Origin: a virus
Taxonomy: Duplodnaviria; Caudoviricetes
Length of the DNA stretch: 64,000 bases
IMG/VR virus record: IMGVR_UViG_3300027969_002497
Span: 1,034 to 65,033 of that record
Strand: one strand, 5' to 3'
Within the stretch, counting starts at the first letter, position 1. Each line of letters begins with the position of its first letter. The notes under the pieces are model-generated. The model searched no databases. It was not told the DNA's origin and saw only the letters and a list, made by a program, of their open reading frames with translations. Below, one piece after another: positions 1-7,195 of the stretch. Made by a program: the position numbers and the translations under genes.

Positions 1-678
1 TGGCGGCTGTGGGTTGGTAGGGGGCTGAGGGGGCTCAGGTTGCACGGGAGGCTCAGGGGGCTGAAGCTTGCACAACTCTTTGAACAGCCAGTCAGCCAGT
101 GCCCATGTTTGCTCGGTGTTAGTGCAGTTGTCTAAGCGCCTGCATGCCTCATCAAACAGGGGTTGCAAGCCGTTAGCCAGTGGCACTTTCACAGTGCCGT
201 GCTTACGTGCATACACTGCGAGCACAAAGGGGTACTGACGGGGGTCAGACCAGTCGGTCACCTCAGCCAAGCCATCGGAGGCCATGCGGTCAATCAACGT
301 GCCGAGTAACTGCTCAACGTTGCCAGTCAGCTTAGCTTTGACTGCGTGGTTCTCAATGAACGCATCCTCAAGGCCGTTGTGCAACTGGAGAATGTAGGCA
401 ATAGCCTTACGGTCAATTGCATTGAAGTTGGTGTATTTCCAGTGCAACAACTCATGCAGGGCAAAGCCTGTATAGCGCTCAAGATCTGCACGGGTCAGCA
501 CTGCGTCATCGGCAATGTTGGTGATGTAGATCTGACCCTGACGGTCAATGGCGGCAGTGGGAATGTCAGCCCGAAAAACAACCTTGACATTGGGCAGTCC
601 GAGGTCAGAGGCAATCTTGTGAATTGCGGCAGTGAGGGCGGGCTTGAATTCCCAACCGAAATATTTTGCTTTGAACAT
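1..678 (-). CDS. CobT/VWA-type partner of the MoxR ATPase, N-terminal part with HEXXH metallopeptidase motif (truncated by window start)
   Basis: Manual translation from ATG at 678 (RBS GGAGAG): MFKAKYFGWEF...GFALHELLHWKYT...LHNGLEDAFIE, then a Pro-rich linker; directly downstream of the AAA+ ATPase. Confidence 0.75.
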   Translation of the reverse strand, partial: MFKAKYFGWEFKPALTAAIHKIASDLGLPNVKVVFRADIPTAAIDRQGQIYITNIADDAVLTRADLERYTGFALHELLHWKYTNFNAIDRKAIAYILQLHNGLEDAFIENHAVKAKLTGNVEQLLGTLIDRMASDGLAEVTDWSDPRQYPFVLAVYARKHGTVKVPLANGLQPLFDEACRRLDNCTNTEQTWALADWLFKELCKLQPPEPPVQPEPPQPPTNPQPP

Positions 679-689
679 TTGTTCTCTCC

Positions 690-2099
690 TTAGAGCCAAG
701 ATTTGATGGCGTTTTCGTTGATGTAAGCGGCCTTGATTGCGTCAAGGGCGGCACGGGACTCAGCGGGTTGCCGAGCGGTAATGGCAGACTGCCAAGCCTT
801 GTCCACACTCAGCACAGACAGGCCGCGAATGAATGCAAGGGCAGAACGAATCGAGGGTGCATCGATGATGTCGCCTGTGTCAACCTTGGCACGGGCGGCA
901 GTGATGGCATCCACTACGTGGCAGGCCAAGGCCTGATGGCAACCAGTGTGTCGAATCAAAGCCTCGACTTCCTGATCACGGGGTAAGAATTCAAACTGCA
1001 CCACATGCGAGAAGCGGTCAGCCAGTGATGAATTCATTTGTCGGGTGCCTGTGTAGCGTCCTGAGGCATCACCATTGGTCAGCGTATTGTCAGCCGCGAA
1101 AACCAAAACACCCTGCGCTCTGCGCTGAGGTTGGCCTCCGATGTTGACGGCACTGTTGACCTCAAGCAGACCATTGAGCGGTGCCAGTTCTCCCGCGTCA
1201 CAGTTGGAAATCTCATCGAGCAAAATCACAGTCGATGGGGAAGTGAACGCAGTCAGGAACGCACCACGTTTAAACACTGTCGCACCATTCTCAAGGCCGA
1301 CAGAGCCGATGTAGTCTTCTGTCGTTGTGTACTTGTGAAAGTTAATGCGGGTGAATGAGCGGCCTGTGCGGGCGGCAAACTGCTTGGCGGTCTCGCTCTT
1401 GCCCGTACCCTTTTCGCCTCCGAACCACAGGTTTTCACCTTTGTTCTGAGCCAACAACAGGTACTCCAAAATGTCCTTAGACCACACAAAATTGGGGTCA
1501 ATGGCGGGTGCATCGGGTGCATTCCACATGTCCACATAGACCTCAAGGCCGTGCACATCGAGCACACTCACACCGAACACATCGAGGGTAGTCTTTTTGT
1601 CAACAATTGTGGCGGCAGTCGCGGAGGCGATCACGTCCTGAGCGCCCGCATCGATCACAGCCTGTTTAAACGGGGCAAAGGCCTTGGCAATGGCGGATGC
1701 CACTTCAGCGGCAACCTTGGTGTCATCGATGCTTGATGAGGCTTGCACCTTGGCGAGTTGGTCAAGGGTGATGCGGATGTTGGACACGTCACCCGCAATT
1801 GCGGCAACCGATCCATCGAGTGCGCGGGTAGCATCGAGACCCTGCAAGGCATAGGCATGGGCACGATTCGCGACAGCTTCAAGGGCGCTTGTATCGACAC
1901 CCGCAGTGGCAACCACAGGGGTAGCATTCTGCACCTGAGCCAAGGTCAGATTGCCTGCATCGATTTGCTCAGCCAACCAAGCGACACGGTCAAGCTTGGT
2001 GTTCAAGTGGGAGGGTGCACCATGGGCAGTGGTTGCACCGACAATTTTACCAACTGGGATTGCCAACAGTTGGTCACGCAAAGTCAAAGGTCTAGTCAT
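690..2099 (-). CDS. MoxR/CobS-type AAA+ ATPase
   Basis: Walker A GEKGTGKS, Walker B ILLDEIS, sensor/Arg-finger region SLADRF, SIR motif; 469 aa. Confidence 0.9.
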   Translation of the reverse strand: MTRPLTLRDQLLAIPVGKIVGATTAHGAPSHLNTKLDRVAWLAEQIDAGNLTLAQVQNATPVVATAGVDTSALEAVANRAHAYALQGLDATRALDGSVAAIAGDVSNIRITLDQLAKVQASSSIDDTKVAAEVASAIAKAFAPFKQAVIDAGAQDVIASATAATIVDKKTTLDVFGVSVLDVHGLEVYVDMWNAPDAPAIDPNFVWSKDILEYLLLAQNKGENLWFGGEKGTGKSETAKQFAARTGRSFTRINFHKYTTTEDYIGSVGLENGATVFKRGAFLTAFTSPSTVILLDEISNCDAGELAPLNGLLEVNSAVNIGGQPQRRAQGVLVFAADNTLTNGDASGRYTGTRQMNSSLADRFSHVVQFEFLPRDQEVEALIRHTGCHQALACHVVDAITAARAKVDTGDIIDAPSIRSALAFIRGLSVLSVDKAWQSAITARQPAESRAALDAIKAAYINENAIKSWL

Positions 2100-2123
2100 T
2101 TTTTCTCTCCTAGGGTACTGGTT

Positions 2124-2738
2124 TCAAGCAAGGGCGAACATGTCACCACAGCGGCATGTTGGAAGTTCTACGTCACCGTGGGCGTTGTATACCCACTTGG
2201 CGGTCATGCGGATCGAGCACTGGCATGTCGGGCATCGGGCAAGCAACATGCGGGTGCCTTGGCTTTTGTGTGAGGCAATGTCAACCTTGGCATGCGGGTA
2301 GATGCCCAGTGAATCGATGATGGCAATGTAGGCGTTGATGAAGTCCTGCCCGTGGGTGACCTCCTTGTAGGGGCTCGACTGTTTGCCTGCGGGGAGGATG
2401 TGCATGGCCTCAGCGACACGCTCATAGGCAAGGTTGGTGACGGTCAGCGCACCCTTGGCAGTGCGGCACAACTGGGCGATCAGAGTCTCGGCAACCTTGA
2501 TCGGGTCAGCGAGGATCGGTGAGATCCAAATTTCATAGTGCCCATCGGCTGAGTTGGTGTTGGGGATGCACTCGCCAAGCACCTTGAAGCCTGAGCGTTT
2601 TGCGTTGGTAGGGTAGCCAGTGGCAACCCGAATTTCAGCGGGCAGTGTGTGCCCACGTGAGGAGAAAAAGGGACGCAGTTCATCGACTGCGGCATTGAGC
2701 CAAGCCTCACGGTTGGCGTGGATAGATGGAAGTTGCAT
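2124..2738 (-). CDS. SprT-like zinc-ribbon protein with a degenerate HExxH motif
   Basis: REAWL...IRVATGYP...GEC...EIWISP...LGIYPHA...TRMLLARCPTC...CRC matches phage SprT-like proteins; start at 2738 after GGAG. Confidence 0.65.
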   Translation of the reverse strand: MQLPSIHANREAWLNAAVDELRPFFSSRGHTLPAEIRVATGYPTNAKRSGFKVLGECIPNTNSADGHYEIWISPILADPIKVAETLIAQLCRTAKGALTVTNLAYERVAEAMHILPAGKQSSPYKEVTHGQDFINAYIAIIDSLGIYPHAKVDIASHKSQGTRMLLARCPTCQCSIRMTAKWVYNAHGDVELPTCRCGDMFALA

Positions 2739-2754
2739 GGATGGTCTCCGAAGT

Positions 2755-2810
2755 GTGGCGAAATTACCACTGCAATGCACTGACTCGCAGTGCATCACGG
2801 TGAAAATTAA
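2755..2810 (-). repeat. Intergenic structured repeat, copy 1
   Basis: GTGGCGAAATTACCAC-TGCAATGCACTG...CAGTGCATCACGGTGAAAATTA; similar to 3145-3198 and 3695-3743. Confidence 0.75.
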
Positions 2811-3124
2811 GGGCAGTTGGCATGCTCACGCAGTGCACCAAGCAGGGTCAGGCCAAGCGCATGCTTGCAAATCACGTCACCCCAATTGCCAAGCGGCTCA
2901 TGTGTGAGGGCAAGCAACAGGTCTTGCCTGTCCTCTTCAGTGCGACTGATAGCACCGAAAAAGAAAAACGCCTGTTGGTAAACAAAGGCCTCACGGGTCT
3001 GCACGTTCCAACGGGTAGCGTTGGGGTACTTGTTGAAGTCATTCTGCGCAGACTTCAGAGTGGCTTTGAGAGTGGCGAGCACCTCGAATGATTGCAATTG
3101 GAAGGTGTCAGTGGTAACGGTCAT
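2807..3124 (-). CDS. Hypothetical early protein
   Basis: 105-aa ORF with AGGA RBS, co-oriented with neighbours. Confidence 0.7.
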   Translation of the reverse strand: MTVTTDTFQLQSFEVLATLKATLKSAQNDFNKYPNATRWNVQTREAFVYQQAFFFFGAISRTEEDRQDLLLALTHEPLGNWGDVICKHALGLTLLGALREHANCP

Positions 3125-3144
3125 GATTTGTCCTATGGGTTGAA

Positions 3145-3198
3145 GTGCGACTTAGCACTGCAATGCACCCGTGTGAGGTGCATCACGCTGATAAGTCA
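3145..3198 (-). repeat. Intergenic structured repeat, copy 2
   Basis: GTGC-GACTTA-GCAC-TGCAATGCACC...GGTGCATCACGCTGA-TAAGTCA. Confidence 0.8.
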
Positions 3199-3387
3199 AA
3201 GCTTGGCCTGTCGACCCCGTATGGCATCGATCTCAGCCCACAGCTTGATGTAGTAGGGGTCATCGGTGGGTAGATGACTGTTCAACTGCAGGGTGACGTG
3301 GCAGTCATGCAGTGCACGGGCACACATGTTGCTGTCGTATTCCGCAAACTTGTTGCGGCACTGGGCGGTCAGTTGGGCGTAGTTCAT
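3196..3387 (-). CDS. Hypothetical early protein (MNYAQLTAQ...)
   Basis: ATG at 3387 overlaps upstream stop (ATGA). Confidence 0.65.
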   Translation of the reverse strand: MNYAQLTAQCRNKFAEYDSNMCARALHDCHVTLQLNSHLPTDDPYYIKLWAEIDAIRGRQAKL

Positions 3388-3512
3388 GCGGCAACCTTTC
3401 TGTTTAAACACTCGTTGTAAGTGCCAGTGTAGAAAATGCGGTAGCCGTTGCGCTCTGTATCGCCCTTGCAAACAATGATGTTGCCGTGGCGGTCAATCTG
3501 TGCGGTGTACAT
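3384..3512 (-). CDS. Small hypothetical protein (MYTAQIDRHGN...)
   Basis: Manual translation, 42 aa, RBS GGGAGAG, coupled to neighbours. Confidence 0.6.
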   Translation of the reverse strand: MYTAQIDRHGNIIVCKGDTERNGYRIFYTGTYNECLNRKVAA

Positions 3513-3514
3513 GT

Positions 3515-3676
3515 TCACTCTCCCTTGTAGTGATGCATGATGGCTTTGCCGATCACTGCTTGATCGTCAAGACTGAGCATGATCGAAGCAAATGAATGCC
3601 TGTTGTTGTGAATCATGATGCGTCTAGCGTTTGCCCATGTGGGGTTCGCTTTGTAGGCGTTGACAAGTTTTTGCAT
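3515..3676 (-). CDS. Small hypothetical protein (MQKLVNAYK...), first early gene
   Basis: Manual translation, 53 aa, RBS AGGA. Confidence 0.6.
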   Translation of the reverse strand: MQKLVNAYKANPTWANARRIMIHNNRHSFASIMLSLDDQAVIGKAIMHHYKGE

Positions 3677-3694
3677 GGTGTGTTCCTAGTAACA

Positions 3695-3743
3695 GTGCGA
3701 CATTGCACTGGTGAACCCCTAGAGGCTCACCGCTGAAATGTCA
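3695..3743 (-). repeat. Intergenic structured repeat, copy 3
   Basis: GTGC-GACATT-GCAC-TGGTGAACC...GGCTCACCGCTGA-AATGTCA. Confidence 0.75.
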
Positions 3744-3883
3744 GCGCCAGTGAAAGACCATCACTGGTAGAAGTAGGGTGCGCACTAGAGAGGTGTTGCA
3801 AAGATTTGCCCTCTCTGACCATCCTTTCGGGGAGGTCTGCCTGTCTTTCCATCGACAGGGTCAAAGCGGTAGGTCTGGAGTGA

Positions 3884-3912
3884 ATTCTGCACTACTTCTA
3901 TTGCCGTGTAAA
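3884..3912 (-). promoter_or_regulatory. sigma70-like early promoter (leftward)
   Basis: Minus strand TTTACA-17 bp-CAGAAT with AT-rich upstream region. Confidence 0.55.
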
Positions 3913-4249
3913 CACCATCAATATTAACCTGACTAAATTGTAGGGTTATTAAATTGTGATGGGTTCTAGGGGTAACTGGCATCGATGCCTAGGGAGGCAC
4001 TGCAAGTGCAAGCTATATAGATATGCAATGCGCTGAGGGCGCTAAGCAAGCCTCATGCCAAGGCTGTTTTTGGCGTAAGTTTCGTGTAAGGTGCGGATCG
4101 ATTAGAGGCTCTAGGAGCGTTTAAATGGGTGTCAAGCCACTACCGCCCTAGAAAATAATTTAAATCGCTTAGCGGGGCTGTAATCGATTCTCGCAAACAA
4201 AAGTACTACAGTTCAAAATGGTTCAGTTTCATAACTAAATGGGGTGGGC

Positions 4250-4306
4250 TGTGGACAACAAATGTATAAATTTAAGTTGTACACAGGCTGTGGATAACTC
4301 TATAAT
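4250..4306. promoter_or_regulatory. DnaA-box cluster overlapping a putative terS promoter
   Basis: TGTGGATAA (4289-4297, perfect), TTGTACACA (4277-4285), TGTGGACAA (4250-4258); TTGTAC-18-TATAAT (4277-4306). Confidence 0.55.
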
Positions 4307-4378
4307 GCGAACAGTTTTGGCTTTGGCGTGATGGGTTTGGTTGGTTGGTTGGTGCTTACTTCAAAAGGGGAATGTGTC

Positions 4379-5047
4379 ATGGGGAAGTCGATGGGTGATG
4401 AGTACAAGGCTTTGTTGGGTGAAGCAATGGCGGGGAAGGGTGATGGGAGCCCTGATGCCGAGGCGGTAGAGCAAGCCGAAGGCGAACGGTTAGCACAGGC
4501 CGCAGAAGCACCAAAGAGACGGAAAGACGGTGAAGCAGTAGGAAGTAAGACACCAAGGGCAAAACCAATGACTCAGTCACAACTGAAATTCTGCGAACTG
4601 GTTATCACTGGGCAAACGTACAGAGCAAGCTACAGGCAAGCGTTCAACAACAACACAGCAAGCGACAGCACAGTCAGTGCAAATGCCAACAAGCTAATGA
4701 GAGACCCAAGGGTCTTCAAGTACATCAGTGACGGTTGGAATGAAACAGTCGAGTACTTGGCAGACGATGTTCAAGCTAGTAGGAGACTGGTGCTCAGGGA
4801 GCTACTGCACTTAGTAAAGGCGGGCAAGCAGGAAGGCACCAAATTGAAAGCGCTAGAACTAATGGGCAAAACCATTGGCATGTTTACACACACTGAAGTA
4901 GCCGAGAAGGTAGAGGTCAGCACCGAGCAGTTACGCAAGGAGCTAGCCAATCACTTGCGCATGCTTGAGCGTGTCAAGCCATCAACTGGTATCACCGATG
5001 CAGACGTGGTGCGCACACTGGAGCGTGTAAACGTGGACGTGGCGTGA
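4379..5047 (+). CDS. terS: Terminase small subunit
   Basis: HTH-like MTQSQLKFCELVITGQTYRASYRQAF...ANKLMRDPRV and KLKALELMGK..GMF motif; upstream of terL. Confidence 0.75.
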   Translation: MGKSMGDEYKALLGEAMAGKGDGSPDAEAVEQAEGERLAQAAEAPKRRKDGEAVGSKTPRAKPMTQSQLKFCELVITGQTYRASYRQAFNNNTASDSTVSANANKLMRDPRVFKYISDGWNETVEYLADDVQASRRLVLRELLHLVKAGKQEGTKLKALELMGKTIGMFTHTEVAEKVEVSTEQLRKELANHLRMLERVKPSTGITDADVVRTLERVNVDVA

Positions 5048-5203
5048 CCCCACCCGTGCCCCGCCCCCACTTGGCACGAGTCGGCACCCGCCCGCGTATT
5101 ACGCTCTAATCCACTCTTCCCAATATCTTCCATTTACAGAACACCCCCCCCTTCACTTCCAAATCCAAAACACCCCCCCTATATATATTTTTCGTTTAAA
5201 CAC

Positions 5204-5232
5204 TTGCGAACGTTCGTATTTGCGTTTAAACT
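5204..5232 (+). promoter_or_regulatory. sigma70-like promoter containing a CGAACGTTCG palindrome and GTTTAAAC sites
   Basis: TTGCGA-17 bp-TAAACT. Confidence 0.6.
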
Positions 5233-5238
5233 AGATGT

Positions 5239-5366
5239 GTTGGGAAAGCGGATGCTGTGCCAGAGTTAGGTCTATTGGTGACATAACTAAAGGGTCTCAA
5301 GGGCTGTTATGAGCAATGCTTGGGACTCCGTGAGTTCGAATCTCACCAGACGCAGCGAGTACCAAC
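5239..5366 (+). ncRNA. Candidate tRNA-mimic structured RNA
   Basis: GTTGG/CCAAC closing stem, perfect T-arm GTGAG-TTCGAAT-CTCAC, two further arms; begins at the predicted +1. Confidence 0.55.
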
Positions 5367-5442
5367 TTATATATGGGGGCGTATTGCGGTTGACGACCGA
5401 ACCTATCGTCTAGTCAGCGCTTAGGGCAGTGCTTCCCCATAT

Positions 5443-5670
5443 ATGACTGAACGCAGAAAGTTAGTGTTGGATTTCATTAGAGCCTACGTACGGTTGTACG
5501 GGGTTCCTCCTTCCTATGAGGTGATCGCCAAGGGGATTGGATTGAAGTCTAAGTCCAACATACACAGAATTATTCATCGTTTAAAAGAGGACGGGCATTT
5601 GAAAACGCAACCTTACAAGTTCCGGGCCATCCAGTTGGTTGATGGGTCCATGACATTTGCTAAGCTATGA
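5443..5670 (+). CDS. LexA-like winged-HTH DNA-binding protein (N-terminal domain only)
   Basis: MTERRKLVLDFI..Y...YGVPPSYEVIAKGIGLKSKSNIHRIIHRLKEDGHL...FRAI matches the LexA DBD; no Ser-Lys protease domain. Confidence 0.8.
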   Translation: MTERRKLVLDFIRAYVRLYGVPPSYEVIAKGIGLKSKSNIHRIIHRLKEDGHLKTQPYKFRAIQLVDGSMTFAKL

Positions 5671-7187
5671 CGCAGTTAATTGACGGTGTTGAGTTATTAA
5701 CAGCGCAGGAGGTTAAGAGCCTGATGGATCTGGCCGAGCGTGGTGATGATGCTGCCCGCGTTAAGGTGTTTGAGATGTTGAAGAGGGACAGGAACGAACG
5801 CTGTAAGGTAGACTTCCTGTACTTTGTCGAGCAGATGTGGCCTGTGTTTATATCGGGTAAACACCATGCAATCATGGCTGACGCCTTTGAGCGTGTTGCT
5901 AGGGGAGAGCTTAAGAGGCTCATCATCAACATGCCGCCCCGGCATACAAAGAGTGAGTTTGCTTCCTTCCTGCTTCCTAGCTGGTTCCTTGGGAGGTTCC
6001 CACATAAGAAGATCATTCAAACTGCCCACACCGCAGAGCTTGCTGTGGGCTTTGGAAGGAAGGTACGTAATCTTGTCTCATCAGAACCATATCAACAAGT
6101 TTTTGAAACGAAGCTTTCAAGTGATTCAAAGGCCGCAGGTCGCTGGAACACTCACATGGGCGGGGATTACTTTGCTATCGGTGTTGGCGGCGCTGTTACA
6201 GGTAAAGGCGCAGATCTCTTAATCATCGACGACCCCCATTCGGAGCAGGAAGCCAAGCAAAACAACTCCGCAGTCTTTGACAACGTCTATGAATGGTTCA
6301 CATCCGGTCCTAGGCAGCGTTTACAGCCGGGCGGAGCCATCATTATTGTGATGACACGGTGGTCTAAACGAGACCTCACCGGTCAAATTGTAAAAAATTC
6401 CTCTAAAGACGGTGTAGATCAGTGGGAAACCATTGATTTTCCTGCCATCATGCCCTCTGGGAAACCCTTATGGCCCGGTTTCTGGTCATTACAGGCCCTA
6501 GAGGCCCTGAAATCAGAGCTCCCAGTCGCTAAATGGGAAGCACAGTACCAACAGAACCCAACTTCTGAAGAGGGCGCGATCATTAAACGTGATCAGTGGC
6601 AGCTTTGGGAGGGCCAAACACCTCCCCCATGTGAATACCTGATCCAGTCTTGGGATACCGCCTTTGAAAAGAACAACCGTGCAGACTATTCAGCCTGTAC
6701 AACGTGGGGTGTCTTTCAGCACGCAGACAAACAAGGCAACCTAAGAGCCAACATTATTCTTTTGGACGCCTTTAAAGCGCGTCTGGAGTTCCCTGAACTC
6801 AAAGCAAAAGCGTTTGAGCTTTACAAGGAGTGGGATCCAGACACATTGATTGTTGAGAAGCGTGCGGCTGGCGCTCCACTGATCTATGAGATGCGCAAAA
6901 TGGGAATTCCATTGTCAGAGTTTACGCCGGGCAAGGGAAACGATAAGATCTCGCGTGTAAACGCAATCTCAGACCTGTTTGCCTCTGGCATGGTGTGGTG
7001 TCCTGAAACCCGTTGGGCTGAAGAAGTGATGGATGAATTGGCTTCCTTTCCCAACGGCGACCATGATGACCTAGTGGACTCAAGCAGTCAGGCTTTGATG
7101 CGGTTTCGCCAAGGCGGATTCATCACCATCGATACCGATGAGCCTGATGAGCCGATTTACCACCGCAGGAAAGCAGAGTATTACTAA
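5667..7187 (+). CDS. terL: Terminase large subunit
   Basis: Walker A MPPRHTKS, Walker B LLIIDDP, nuclease motifs SWDTA and HDDLVDS. Confidence 0.95.
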   Translation: MTQLIDGVELLTAQEVKSLMDLAERGDDAARVKVFEMLKRDRNERCKVDFLYFVEQMWPVFISGKHHAIMADAFERVARGELKRLIINMPPRHTKSEFASFLLPSWFLGRFPHKKIIQTAHTAELAVGFGRKVRNLVSSEPYQQVFETKLSSDSKAAGRWNTHMGGDYFAIGVGGAVTGKGADLLIIDDPHSEQEAKQNNSAVFDNVYEWFTSGPRQRLQPGGAIIIVMTRWSKRDLTGQIVKNSSKDGVDQWETIDFPAIMPSGKPLWPGFWSLQALEALKSELPVAKWEAQYQQNPTSEEGAIIKRDQWQLWEGQTPPPCEYLIQSWDTAFEKNNRADYSACTTWGVFQHADKQGNLRANIILLDAFKARLEFPELKAKAFELYKEWDPDTLIVEKRAAGAPLIYEMRKMGIPLSEFTPGKGNDKISRVNAISDLFASGMVWCPETRWAEEVMDELASFPNGDHDDLVDSSSQALMRFRQGGFITIDTDEPDEPIYHRRKAEYY

Positions 7188-7195
7188 GGAACATT

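Noticed and set aside
1-2099. Cobalamin biosynthesis (cobS/cobT) auxiliary metabolic genes
   Set aside because: No cobN or other cob genes are present; phage MoxR/VWA pairs are not shown to act as cobaltochelatase.
346-2301. Plus-strand ORFs overlapping the early genes, and similar antisense ORFs elsewhere in the track
   Set aside because: They are shadows of well-supported opposite-strand genes and show no motifs or RBS.
2755-3743. CRISPR array or hammerhead ribozymes
   Set aside because: The repeats are separated by whole genes and diverge in sequence; the CUGANGA/GAAA core is absent.
5280-5356. Canonical tRNA or tmRNA gene
   Set aside because: The T-arm is perfect, but there is no acceptor stem, CCA end, standard anticodon arm or tag ORF; reported as a tRNA-like RNA instead.
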